A stretch of 63,544 nt of DNA from contig NC_068983.1 of assembly GCF_001194135.2 (NCBI RefSeq), positions 153,547,319 through 153,610,862 of the forward strand, given 5' to 3'. Origin of the DNA: Octopus bimaculoides (Eukaryota). Positions 40,407 to 52,989 of the stretch are shown in pieces (position 1 is the stretch's first letter; every line of letters begins with the position of its first letter). Position numbers and translations under genes: made by a program. The notes beneath the pieces were generated by a model. It saw only the letters and a list, made by a program, of their open reading frames with translations. It searched no databases and was not told where the DNA came from.

Positions 40407-41404
40407 CTGGAAGAGAGAGAGCGACAGACAGACAGAGAAACATATTCATATATAGAAGCCTGTAACCCTATATAAAGTAAAAGATAAATTACTTCGAATC
40501 AGCGAAAACAGAATGTCAGTGAAAATAGGTTTCTTACTTATTTTAGAATCTCAGAAAAGCGATATTAGGAAACTCTCCAGGAAACTCATTCCCCAAACAA
40601 TTAAAGAAATGAAACCAATATTGCAATCTGATTATCTCAGATGAGCGAGTGATTAATGTTATCGAAGTTGTTTATAATCATGTATTAATGGTTTCATACT
40701 AAGTTAATGTTTTTTTTCTTTTTCTAATACTTATGTGCATATATTTTGAAGTCGGATACAAAATATTAAATGCATACAACTCTGCTCCAATGGTTCTTAA
40801 TTTCTCGACACTTCATTGATCAAAAACAACGATACCATCCCAGTGGAATTTGAAATCATAATCTGAATTGAATAAGTAACTGAATACAGTGAAACCTTAA
40901 ATCGGCTGCTCTAGACCGTCATTCATTCACTGTCTTAATAATGACATATTAATGGGGATCATAATGGGGGTGATAATGGCACGATTCTGACAGAAGTGTA
41001 AGTGTAATTTACAGAATTCAGTCATTAATGATTAATAGTCGTATCAGAAGTTGAAAAACCGTAGAGTTGGTTGAAATATTAAATTCATATATTGTTTGAT
41101 TTCCAATCTATACATTATGCTTTCAAATCAATCTACATTAGTCAATTTATGTTATCGAATTAAGTACCAATTAAGGTATAGTGTCAATTTTATTGTTTGT
41201 TCTCGTTTAAAATTTTTGCTCAGTTGGAAACAAAATCGCGTTAGAAGGTTATTGAGAGATAAGATAAATGTTTTGCATAAGTTAGTTTCCTCTTTCTAAT
41301 CTAAATTTTATCATTAAAATAAAATTCGTGTATAAAGAATATATGTGTGTGTAAATATATATATGTATGTATGTATGTATTCATGTATGTATATATGTAT
41401 ATAA

Positions 41405-41680
41405 CAGTTACGACGGCGCGTGTTCCAGATTCGATCAAATGGCACAGCCATAAAATGAACGTGCAAGTGGTTGAACGCTCCAAACGTATGCATGCCCTTA
41501 ACGCAATTCTCAGGAAGATTCAGGGTAACACACCGAATATCATCATGGCTGACCCTTTGAAAAACATTTTGAACTCACTTTTGCCAGCTGAGTGAACAGG
41601 AGCAACGCAAAAATAAAGTGGCCTTCTCAAGAATGAAATGCGACTTTAGGAATCGAAGTCACGTAGTTACGGTTAGGAGC
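41405..41680 (-). mobile_element. tRNA/CORE-like SINE (family C)
   Basis: Reverse strand: B-box-like ACTTCGATTCC, then CTTGAGAAGGCCACTTTATTT..GTTGCTCCTGTTCACTCAGCTGGCAAAAGTGAG (CORE-like). Confidence 0.6.
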
Positions 41681-42306
41681 GGAAAATACTAACCCACTCG
41701 TTTTTATACTCGTATATAATATTTATGCTTGTATGCAGGTATGCACGTATGCATAACTTTACATTTCGTAATAATCTGAAGGACCTTCCTTCAACTATGT
41801 AACAGCTAGCTGGGAAGAAATGGCTTCCTGTTAAAGTAAATACTGATAAGCTCAAATATAATATTTTCTGTTGAAAGTGGAAAAGAAAAAGAAATGATAT
41901 GACACAAATCGTGCAATTTCGAGATGTTTCTCCACTCAGTGCAGTTTTTTATAACATAACTGTTCTATAAATGCAGCATTTATTAATATTTCTGTGAGTG
42001 TTAGTATAGTTAATGCAGGAGACGTTACAATGTAATCTAGAAATAGCTATGGAGTATCGAGAAATAAACAATACTGGCCGGTGGCAAGTATTTTGTTATT
42101 AATATTATTTTTTAGGCAATTCTTTTTATTCACAGCTATTGCAAACTAACAACGGAAAATCATGAGTTATATGTGCATTGCAATAGACTGTTTGGTGAAA
42201 AGTTTTAAAACAAACTTACTAAAATGTGATATTATTAGAATTAGAATTTTCGATTCGTTGTAAGAATTACAATGTCATTGCTTTTAATATTTAGAACAAC
42301 ATACAA

Positions 42307-42492
42307 GGCAGCGAGTTGGCAGAATCGTGAGCACGCCGAGTGAAATGCTTAACGTCATTTCGTCTGTTTTTACGTTCTGAGTTCAAATTCCGCCGAGGTC
42401 GATTTTGCCTTTCATTCTTTCGAGGTCGATAATTTAGCACCGGTTGCGCACTGGGTCGATCTATTTCGGGTCTTGTACCTAGAGAGGAAAAG
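42307..42492 (+). mobile_element. SINE family A
   Basis: GGCAGCGAGTTGGCAGAATC head, GAGTTCAAATTCCGCCGAGGTCGA, tail TTGTACCTAGAGAGGAAAAG. Confidence 0.8.
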
Positions 42493-42534
42493 AATATTTA
42501 GAACAACGTATAAGGCGGCGAGTTGGCAAAATCC

Positions 42535-43007
42535 ATTCAATTATTGGTACTACTGCTTTTTTTTCATCGACCACTGTTTCACCATTTGTCCATGAATTCT
42601 GCATTTATCACTTTCTGATATGTTTTCTATTCTGTATTTTATGTAGTTTGTTCTTAGTCCTTTCTCTTGGGCAGCACAGATTAGAGCCTCTGTTTCCGGT
42701 TTTAAATCACTTTTAGTCATCCACAGCCATCTTTTTTCTCTACCTGGCTTATCTTCAACATCCCTATGAAATTGACCATACATTCTTTTCTTTACCCAGC
42801 TATATTCAGTTTCATTCGTTTTCAATTTCTTGTATAGTGCTTTATCCTTGCAATCTTCCATCGTACACAAATCTGACCTTCTTACTTCTAGTAACAGCGG
42901 TTCTGTGGCATTTTTTACGTGCCATGCTATATTGTTTTCTTCTTCTCTAAGTCCTCCTCCCCTCTTTTTCCTGGTATATACAGTCTGTCTGTGCCAGTTT
43001 TTGGGTG
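42535..43007 (-). mobile_element. Dong/R4 fragment (subfamily 2), internally deleted
   Basis: HPKTGTDRLYIPGKRGGGGL, RMYGQFHR, DLKPETEALICAAQEKGLRTNYIKYRI..KCR, then a jump to KQWSMKK.AVVPII. Confidence 0.8.
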
Positions 43008-43036
<29 letters not shown>

Positions 43037-43040
<4 letters not shown>

Positions 43041-43312
43041 TAGTTTTATTTTTATAACGTGCTTTCACTTCACTACCGAGCGCAGCTCTGTGCGCNNNNN
43101 NNNNNTTTCTCGTTTTCTGTGACCTTTTCTGGCGTGTGTTTATACCATCTTTTTTCTGTTGCTAGACCTCAAGAGACAACAAGCTAGAGGTTCGAGTAGG
43201 TGTTATGCCTAGGATACCATATATTTGGATTTGTACAGTTTTATTCTAGTGAATGTCTAAGAAACCATAATAAAATTATGTGTTTGTTTTAAAATTTGAG
43301 ATCACATAGACA
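43037..43312 (-). mobile_element. Dong/R4 3' UTR and endonuclease-region fragments (10-N gap inside)
   Basis: ATEKRWYKHTPEKVTEN; the 3' UTR GCACAGAGCTGCGCTCGGTAGTGAAGTGAAA is identical to that near 55530. Confidence 0.7.
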
Positions 43313-43313
43313 A

Positions 43314-43350
<37 letters not shown>

Positions 43351-43354
<4 letters not shown>

Positions 43355-43413
43355 TCACTGCCTGGAATCGAACTCGGAGTCTAGGGGTTAGTAGTCTGCG
43401 CTCTTAACCACTA
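43351..43413 (-). mobile_element. tRNA-like SINE head followed directly by (AAT)n
   Basis: Reverse strand TAGTGGTTAAGAGCGCAGACTACTAACCCCTAGACTCCGAGTTCGATTCCAGGCAGTGACCTG-(AAT)n, with A-box and B-box. Confidence 0.6.
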
Positions 43414-44445
43414 TTGAAGTTGATGATGATCGAATCAAAGCCATAATTGAATCTGATTGTCATAAAACTGTGTGAAAAATTGCAGAGAATTGAAAATCAC
43501 TTAAAATGTCCTGGACTCGTTAAGGAGCTCGATATTTGGGTTACACATAAATTGAAAGAGATTCACTTAACCCAACGAATCAATATTTGCGATATGCATT
43601 TAAAATGCAATGAAATCGACCCTTTTTAAAAAGCAAATCATCACTGGTGATGAAAAATGTATTCTCTACAATAACATAAATTGAAAGCGATCATGGGCGA
43701 AGTAAAAGAACCAGTATAAACCACATCGAAAGCTGAATTGCATCAAGAAAGGTCATGCTGTCAATTTGGTAGGATTACAAATGTGTTGTGCATCTTGAGC
43801 TGCTTCCAAAGAACCAAATGATCAATTCAGATTTTACTGTCAATAACCAATGAAACAGGAGAAAGCAATCGAAGGAAAACGGCCAGAATTTGTAAATCGT
43901 AAAGGAATTGTATTCCAGCATGACAACACTAGGCCACACATGTCTTTCTTACCTCATGTAAAATTATTGGAGCTTGATCGGGATGTGATATCATATCCAC
44001 CATATAGCCCACACCCTGCATCATCAGATTAACATTTATTTCGAAGTTCAAAAAAATGTTTGGATTGGTAAAACTTTCAATGATGATGATCTGAAATCTC
44101 ACTTGCTTCGATCAAATTAGACAAAGCTTGCTTTAGAAGTGTTGATATGCATTGAAAGATACAGAAATAATTTATTCTTAAACGCATGATGATGCTAACA
44201 CAATATCATATACAAAATAAACTCTTCATATATTGCAGAAAAATTGTTACCATCCAGCCAGGAGACTCGAACTCATATCCCCGATAAGGGCCAGAAATTC
44301 TATGAGCGCGGAAGCATGAAGTTGCCAGAAAGTTGGCAAAAGGTCAACGAACATAATGGAAAATATATAGCTGATTATAGTTCAACCTTTGTATGAAAAC
44401 AAAATGACCATTATTTCACACTAAAACACCGAAATTACTTTCTGT
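43414..44445 (+). mobile_element. Mariner DD34D transposon remnant, 5'-truncated
   Basis: WVTHKLKE, IITGDEK, GIVFQHDNTRPH and YPPYSPHPASSD; D codons at 43922 and 44027 are separated by 34 residues; TIR-like AAAACACCGAAATTACTTT at the end. Confidence 0.85.
44110..44282 (-). mobile_element. 5'-truncated tRNA-related SINE inserted in the mariner
   Basis: Interrupts the mariner frame between LKSHLL and DKGQKFYERG; the reverse strand begins GGGATATGAGTTCGAGTCTCC (T-arm/B-box). Confidence 0.5.
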
Positions 44446-44684
44446 AAGTTCTGTAGTATCTCCACATAAATACTATACATTAACACAGCTTCTTTCATCA
44501 CCTAAGTTCCTCCAAACAATTTTTCGTCCTCTATTATATGTTGCTTCAACTTTGTTTCTGATCAAAAAATTTACAGGTATTTCTTTGCAGATGGATATTT
44601 GCTCTCGATAACGTTGCGCAGGAAATGCCTATTTCTGAATGTGAGTTTTGTTAAATTTTGTACATCTTAAGAGATAATTCCCAT

Positions 44685-44897
44685 TTCAACACAGTGCCAG
44701 CAATTTGTTTTGGGAAAGGACTGCTCAACTACATCTGCCTCCGCATTTCACCGTAATCTATGTACCCGAACCCTTTGGGACGAAAAGCAAAGTTTGTCTT
44801 TTGGGATTTGATCTCAGAACGTAAATTCACTTAAATCTTAAACCGCAACACATTTTGTTCGATGTTCAGAGATTCTCTCAATCCATTAAGTCTCACC
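44685..44897 (-). mobile_element. Degenerate SINE family A
   Basis: GTGCCAGCAATTT..GGATTTGATCTCAGAACGTAA matches family A in reverse. Confidence 0.45.
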
Positions 44898-45666
44898 TAC
44901 GTTGCTTTGAATGACCCGCTCTATATTTGTGTGGAATATTCTCTTCCCAATTCCCACGAAACATACCTTCTCTGACTTGAAAATTTGCGAATCTCAGCTT
45001 CTAACTTCGCCACTTCTGTTCATATATTTTCGCAGTATAGGGTAACTATGAGCAAAATAACAAGCAGTTTATTTCCCCCTCACTGGACCCTCTGAAAAGG
45101 TTGTGCTGCTTCGCGTGGTTTTAATTTTATATTATTCATATTCTGTTTTATCCAATTATTTTTTTCCCCCCGCAATGACTATTTGCTACAATTCTTTGTG
45201 TTCAGTGGATTTTTAATCTAATCTAATATCACCCATAATTTTGTACTAAGTTGTACTTTCTTTGACTGGTTTCATTTAGAAATTGGCACCGGTTTTCCCT
45301 AGAGAACTGCATTGTGTGTCGCAATTCTATATTTATTTATGTATGAATTATTTTCTATTCTCTAGTTTTTGTTGCTATTTTATTCATCGCTGATACCTAC
45401 ACAAATTATGTAGACTATATAAATAATTATATCTTTATTGTTTGCCGGGAGTGTATTGTGAAGTTGGCATCTAAAATCACGTGTGATTTTATTAGACTAT
45501 TTTGTTGTTTTCATTTGTAATATTCAGGTTTAACTATGCAATATTAGTAAGACATAGCTTCATCTATCGTGTCGTTTATGCTCGTTTTGTTTTGGGTAGG
45601 AGATGTAATTTTTTTGTTTTGTTTTGTTTACAACAGTTGTTATTTGTTATGATTATATTATTAATA

Positions 45667-45885
45667 AGGTGGCGAGCTGGCAGAATCATTAAAACACCGG
45701 AGAAAATGCTCAGCAGTATTTCGTCCATCATTACATTCTGAGTTCAAATGCCATGGAAGTCGACACTACCTTTCATCACTTTCGTGCTCGATAAAATAAG
45801 GTGCATTTGAACTACTTATGTTGATATAATCGACTTACGTTACCTCTAAAACTGCTGGCATTGTGCCAACATTTGAAACCATTAT
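45667..45885 (+). mobile_element. SINE family A
   Basis: AAGGTGGCGAGCTGGCAGAATC..TTCTGAGTTCAAATGCC..CTTTCATC..TTGTGCCAACATTTGAAACC. Confidence 0.7.
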
Positions 45886-46046
45886 TGATATATAAGGAAT
45901 AGTGGTTTGGCGAAATCAAGAATGCGTTTGGAAAATGCATCGCAGAATCTAATTACATCTTCAAGTCAAATCCAAACGAAGTAAACATGTATGTTCCATT
46001 GTGGTGTGTATATACTTCTGATCCATAGATTAAATAATCGTCAATT

Positions 46047-46378
46047 TCTTCTTCTTCTTCTTCTTCTTCTTCTTCTTCTTCTTCTTCTTCTTCTTCTTCT
46101 TCNNNNNNNNNNNNNNNNNNNNNNNNNNNNNNNNNNNNNNNNNNNNNNNNNNNNNNNNNNNNNNNNNNNNNNNNNNNNNNNNNNNNNNNNNNNNNNNNNN
46201 NNNNNNNNNNNNNNNNNNNNNNNNNNNNNNNNNNNNNNNNNNNNNNNNNNNNNNNNNNNNNNNNNNNNNNNNNNNNNNNNNNNNNNNNNNNNNNNNNNNN
46301 NNNNNNNNNNNNNNNNNNNNNNNNNNNNNNNNNNNNNNNNNNNNNNNNNNNNNNNNNNNNNNNNNNNNNNNNNNNNNN

Positions 46379-46470
<92 letters not shown>
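46047..46470. repeat. (CTT)n - gap - (TTA)n(GTA)n microsatellites
   Basis: Direct inspection. Confidence 0.95.
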
Positions 46471-46471
<1 letters not shown>

Positions 46472-48469
46472 TTCATTAGTCTTAGTTTTATAACGTGCTC
46501 TCACTTCACAAACGAGCGCAGCTCTCTGTGCCTTGGGTATGTGCTGTGGTTTGTCGTGATGCTCTAATAGCTACTGTACTGAAAGGGGTTTACGTAGAAT
46601 GTGTGCGATGCCTAGTAGTACTATTTTCTGTATGTTATATATATTTGTTAGCCCTGGTGTTTTTGTTATGTATGTTTCTGAATATTTTTTTTCCATATCT
46701 AATGCGTCTATTATGATAGGAATTGTTTCTGTTTTGAGACTCCACATTCGAGTTACCTCTTTTTCCATGTTTTTGTATTTCGAAAGTTTCTCCACATCTT
46801 TTAGAGGAACATAGCCATCTGCTAATATTGATACATGGATTAGAAAGCATTTTCTCTTCATAATCTCTCACAACCACATCTGGTCTATTGGCCTTAATGT
46901 CTCTATCTGTGTGTATCCCATAGTATGATTCCTTTCTCATTTTCTGCGACCTTTTCTGGTGTGTACCTATACTGACTTGTTTCCGATTGTTATTCCATAG
47001 TGTTGCTACAGCTCCCAGTGTATTTACGTGCCATCTCTGTCGTGCCTGTGTATATATCCATTCTTATACAAGACTGGGCAGCCAGAAACAATATGAGTTA
47101 TTGTTTCTTGTCCAATTCCACATATTATGAACTTACTTGTTATGTTTCTTTTCATTATATGTTTTTGGTAATTTCTGGTGGGGTGGCTTTAATCTTGTGC
47201 TACAGTTAAAAATCCTTCAGTTTCTGGTTTGAGTCCTGAGCTCCTCAGCCATGGTTGGGTCTTTGCTTCGTCTATTTCTTTCGCGTTTAATTTAACACAG
47301 TATTTGCCATTAAGGGCCTTTTCTTGCCATCGTTTTTTCATGTTCCGTTGCTGTTCCACTTTTAGGTTGGATTTTAGTTATTTCTTCTTTTTGTTAAGTA
47401 CTATGACTTCGTATTTGCATTTGTCGTCTTTCTTAAAGACTGAAAACATTTTTTTGTCTTTTCTTTTCGTGTTGTGTGGCTATGAGTTTTCCTTGCTTCT
47501 GAAGTAGGTATATTTGTAGTCCTATGGTGGTTATTTTGTAATAGTTTTCTAAGTGTATAAGGCCTCTACCACATTCTATACGTTGTATATATGATCTTTC
47601 TATTTCAGATTTTTTGTGGTGCCTACTATAGCCTGTCACTAATTATTTACTTGTTTTCCTACCTATTTTGATTGGTTCATTTAGAGTCCGTTTAAGGATA
47701 TTGTAACTGGGACTTATAACTGGGACGGCTAGTGTGTTGATGCCTATTATCTTGTCTTTCGCATAACTCGTCTATAGTATTTTGTTTTTAATTTCTCTTT
47801 CATTTGTGCTTGATATATCGTATCTAATTCATTGATTCCTAAGTATTTGTATGTCTGGCTTTGGTCTAATTCTCTTATTTCATTTGCTTTATCTTGGTCA
47901 TACTTAGATACTTCTTCTTTCTGCGGCTGTCTTCATTCATGTCTTTATTGACCAGTAGCTGATCTTTACAGCCGTTTGTGCATCCCTTGCAGTATCCCTT
48001 CTGCTCTTCTGGAAACAGGTCCTCTTCTTTCAGTTGTTTGCCCATTCGATATTATTGCAGCAAAGGCTTTGAAATTATAGGGAGACAAGTTATTGGTGTG
48101 TAATTTTGTGGGTTTGCCGTTTCAATGGCTTTTGTAATTAGGATAATTTTCCTATCCGTGAGCCATTCAGGCATGGTCTCTGGTACGGCAAGTATGTCAT
48201 TACATTTCTCAGCCAGCTTTTTGTGTTTTCCAGTCAGATATATTTATGAGAAGTTGAGGATCTTATCGTGCCTGGGTGCCCCCCTGCTGCTTAGGTTTTC
48301 CAGTGCCTGGGTGACCTCTTCAGTTGTTATAGCTGTCCAGAGTTGCTCAGGTACAGAGTTCATTGTTTTGATAGGACATCTCTGTCTGGGGTCGCTCCTT
48401 CGCCGACCATATCCCTTTGCAAAGGTGGTGATGGTGGTGGTTGTGGTGGCCGTGCTGTTAGTGGTAGTG

Positions 48470-48536
<67 letters not shown>

Positions 48537-48570
48537 CATCAGCAGCAGCATTGTTGTTCTNNNNNNNNNN

Positions 48571-48624
<54 letters not shown>

Positions 48625-48870
48625 CATCAGCAGCAGCATTGTTGTTCTTGTCACTACGTTATGGACCTGCAATTTTAAGCTTTTGTCGTGTATGTTTTCC
48701 ATTTTAATGATGTTCATTTCAAATTTTGCTGCCTAGATTTTGGCGGCTTCAGGTGTGCAGGCAAATTCTGTTGTTTATTGTGGCTTAGGGGCTAAATTAC
48801 CTCTTGTATAATTTTGGCTTTGAAGAGATAATAAATCTTTAAACATGGCGGCAATTTTGACAGCCAGTCT
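46471..48870 (-). mobile_element. Dong/R4-clade non-LTR retrotransposon, decayed, central RT deleted
   Basis: ITTEEVTQAL..GAPRHDKI, PEWLTDRKI, NY.PITCLP, EEQKG..GCKDQLL, YKYLG, LKPETEG, IHTDRDIKANRPDVVVRD, LSKYKNMEKEVTRMWSLKTETIPII and AHILRK, plus the 3' UTR. Confidence 0.85.
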
Positions 48871-49023
48871 GCACAAAAAGAAAAATAGAAGAAATATGAA
48901 AATAATATTTGTAACCTTAATTTTTCCCTTCAGTGAAACTTCTCCCATGTGAATTTACAGTTGAGGAGAGAGTGACAATTGATGTTTGACAAGATTCTTT
49001 CTGTTCATTATTATTATTATTTA

Positions 49024-49082
<59 letters not shown>

Positions 49083-50279
49083 TTTATTATTTTGCCGTAG
49101 CAGAAAAAAGCCTGTCAAACGTCAACGCATCAAGTAACAACAACATCAATGACATTCAAAATCCACAGCAAAATCATTGTGATTGAACATGCAAAATATT
49201 AAAAACGAGAGTAAAAGGGGCATGTGAAGACACTATTATCATCAACAAATTAACTTTAAAAAATAGCAGCCATCCGTTTCAAAATGGACAAATCAATAAA
49301 ACAGCAATCATTTGTAGCAGCTGTAGCTCAACTACTACCACACCATTAGCGAATACAACACTTTTTATCCTACCCGCTACCACTGTCATACACGCAAACA
49401 CCAAAGCAATAATGTATTCTATCCAAATGTAGACAGGAAGACAAGGTGAACTATATGCTGAAACATGAAAACTGTATGACTGAACTTAATCTGTTTCTTA
49501 TCCAGGAGCAGAATTATACATTGAAAGACTCACAAATAAGTGCTTTAACATAAAATAAATTGAAAATCTGGAGGTGGTGATAGCCCTCCCAGTTAGATTA
49601 CAAGCAGGAAATAAAAACTCAACATAGTAGGCGAGAATTCAAAAATTATTTTGTATAGTCGAAGAAATGTGCCTGAACGTAGAGAATACCAGTGATACAC
49701 GTCTCTCTTACGAATATGTAATATTGTTGATGTCCATGAGAAAAAATCGGTTATGAACTGAGTGTTGTATAATATAGTAACATATTGTAGCACAGGTTAC
49801 AAAATATTCTAGAGCAAACTATAGAGTTGCAGATGCCACCGACGTTAAATAACATGCCGAGGAACCCATATCTAATTTATATGGCGGGAGAGTATCCTGT
49901 GAGATTTGTGGGTAAGATCAAGAGCGCTCTATGTGACTCACGAGGCAGCTTTGCTCATTAGAAGAGTCACTGTCCTCGGGCAGAATTGTTAGACACCCAC
50001 TTGACTTTAAAACCATGGCCATAAATTCATCTTAGGAAATACATTGTCAGCTGCATCAGCCACAAGAGCATAAGGGCTATAAGTAAGTGAAGCCAAAATG
50101 AACAAAGTAAAAGCCAGGATATGGAAAGAGGTTGACAGCTTCGAACCAAAAACATAAAAAATAAGTGTTCTTACTCCTAGAACAAGTTTAAATCAACATA
50201 CATGAAAGAAGCATATCATAGCCAAATATTCTCTGTCCCAGAAACACTTCTCATATGAATGAGGATATCTCATCAAGGT

Positions 50280-50790
50280 CGTCCCATAGGACGCTCCTTT
50301 TAGGGGTTTCGGTTGCGCATTCTACAGGAGTCACAAGGCGCTGCTCCATGTGGTCCTGCAGGTTCCATCTATCTAGGAATATTAGGGTTTCATCCATTGT
50401 CTTGTATTCAAGATCTGCATGACATCCTGCTAGTTCGAAGCCAGGAATCTGATCTGTTAGGTCCCGCCGATAACTAAAGCCATTGTCGTTAAGATTTTGC
50501 CTGTCTCTTACCCTGCGACCTGTCTGGCCTGGTCAGACCTGCCTGAAGATTTCTCTCTCTCTCCAGCGTAGCTCTCCGGGTCAATGGAGCACACAGGCAC
50601 TTCATCGTGACAAGGTACTTGTTGAATTGGCTGTTGATTATAGAGCAATTCTTTCGCCCTTTGACGGGTCTTATTTTCCGACCGGCATTGTGTCCAACAA
50701 TCACCCTCCTCACCATGCAAGCTTGATGGGGTTGCCAGTTTAATCACCAATAACCCGACCATGTGACAAGTTGTACTGGGTTACATGTTA
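50280..50790 (-). mobile_element. RTE-like LINE 5' region fragment (tentative)
   Basis: GC-richer island; reverse strand GGAGAGCTACGCTGGAG..CCAGGCCAGACAGGTCGCAGGGTAAGAG resembles RTE 5' UTRs (recall only). Confidence 0.35.
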
Positions 50791-51404
50791 CCAGTAGTGC
50801 TCATGAGTGACTTGACCATAAAACTAGGATAGTATTCCCTATTCCATGAAAATAAGAAACAAATGTACTATTGTTTGCCACTTCATTATACAAACATAGA
50901 TAAGTGTACGGAAAAACACTCATATATCAGGCACTTCTCTGAACAAATATCTTAGGACGTTTAGCTCCACAACAACCAGAGTTGTAAATAGACAGAGACA
51001 GACATACAGACAGACACACGCACACACACTCACACACACACACACACAAATCCCGACACAGATTAGTTTCCGAATGCCAAATACGTTTTGTAAACAAAAA
51101 CAAAATTTATTAGTTGTTTACTTAAGGAAGTGCAAGAACATTGAAATGTGACTGGAAGTATTTTGCGAGCTGGAAAATAAGATACTGAAAACCGTAGTAG
51201 TGTAGAACCCAAAGCATGAGAATTAGCAAATCAGTTCAATTCAATTCACACTTCGAGCTTTAAACATCTTCATGAATAAGGAAAAAATGTCTTAGCTTGG
51301 TCAGTGTGCTCCTAGTTATATGACTGCATCTCAGAATAATCAAAGTCTTGTCTACCGCTAGTCTTCCAAGAATAAACTTGCTTAGATAGAACCATCGCAA
51401 AATT

Positions 51405-51955
51405 TGGTTCTCTATAATCGTATCCAAGGAGAACAACAATGCTTCACACCCAATGAAAATGGAGAATCCATCACCAAAGCAGTACTACACACCCCAAAAC
51501 TCTTTGTATTTGGCTTGTAAATGAAGGGTATCATATGTCATGAAGTATTAAATCAAAACGAAACAATTGACGTGGTGATGAATTGTTATCAGTTGGAAAC
51601 ATTGCACAAAAGTTTGCAGAAAAATGCAAATCGTTTGACAATCATCCACGAGTGTTTCTCTTAATGCAAGACCATATACTGCTCCGGTCAACCAGGAAAA
51701 GATTGTGGCAGTAAATGTAGAATTTCCCTTCACCGTCTTTACCTTTCTGCCCTTGCTCCTTCTTAATATCATCTTTTCAGATCTTTACAACATTATTTAG
51801 AGTATGAACGAATCATTAATTGTGAAGTGCTTAAAGATGTTAAGTGTCCATTTGCTTTGAAATCTGAATAAGTTTATGCCAGAAGAATCAGCAATTTACC
51901 AGTAGGTAGGATTATGTTAACTATAACGTGGCGAAATATTATCTTGAATGAATAT
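51405..51955 (+). mobile_element. Mariner transposase remnant
   Basis: KGIICHEVLNQNETI..YQLETLHK, NARPYTA, ALAPS*YHLFRSLQHYL and ISNLPV. Confidence 0.7.
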
Positions 51956-52019
51956 ATCAATTAAGACACTCCACATGAAATACGTCAGAAATTTCTTTTC
52001 AACTGCATTTAAGCATACA

Positions 52020-52370
52020 CATATGTGGGTGTCGACTGGGAGATAAAGACGTCACTTCAATAGAAGGTAATACGGATCCCATAAATGTGAGCAGATATTT
52101 TGGGTCTCATGGTTTCGCACCTATATAGGGGCCGTTCGCATTTCTTAGTGTGTTCCACGATGTAATGTAGCAATTTATTTTGTAAATGTTAGATCTCGAG
52201 GTAGAACAATCTTTCTGGATCATGTGATAGCTCTTGGGGTTGATTGTGGCTTAAAAAAACATTGTTGACTTCAGGTAGAAGTCCGTTTATGCCGGGTTTC
52301 TTAAGCGTGTGGAAACTTTATATCTTTAAGGCAAGTCGGATATAGAGATGGGCCTTCAGACGTTCCCCAA
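52020..52370 (-). mobile_element. Possible Penelope GIY-YIG C-terminal remnant
   Basis: Frameshifted minus-strand pieces (GxTSEG, HKRTST, NQPQELS, RNHETQNICSH) resemble the PLE endonuclease C-terminus; heavily decayed. Confidence 0.35.
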
Positions 52371-52989
52371 CACAATGTCACTTGCCGCTGAAATCTGCAC
52401 AATTTAAAAGAAAGTGAGATAAAGTTACAAAGAATTTAGTCAATCTCACTAAAAATGACCTCAGGGTTAATCATTTCTGAATGGTCATGCAGAAAAAAGG
52501 TGCATACATCAATTCTGTCGTATATTACAGCCTAATCTGATGTCATTTCCGGTGAAGAAGTTTTAACCATCATTTTGGACGATACGCACACATGCATTAA
52601 TGTATCGTTATCTATAAGGATTTCTTCAGAGTGAGCTAATTTGTCACTATTTGTCAGACATATTTTTCCACAACTCATCTCTTTGCTTGATTCAAGCGAA
52701 AACTAAACTGGGAGCCTAGCACCAGAAGCGTTACAAATCACTCTCGATTTTATGGCAATCGAATAATCTGATCCCTACAAATTTTTGAGTAGTATTCTGT
52801 AGATAATGGATTATATTATCAGAACGTGTTTTGGCGTCGTTGAATACCTACGTTGTTCCGGAATGCTTCTCGAAAATTTCGTCTGTTTCTTCGATCATCT
52901 CAAAATTTACTGGGATTTTGCCTTGTCGATCGTATTTGTACTATCACAATAATAAAACCATGAATTATCCACATAAAAGAATATGATAG

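Noticed and set aside
40548-40645. Acceptor plus 32 open codons (ESQKSDIRKLSRK..)
   Set aside because: No donor or partner exon; within chance expectation.
43351-43413. Functional tRNA gene
   Set aside because: The 5' acceptor strand is missing and it runs into (AAT)n; treated as a SINE head.
48533-48648. 28-bp direct repeat resembling a TSD around (TAG)n
   Set aside because: Identical copies abut a 10-N gap; most likely unmerged overlapping contig ends.
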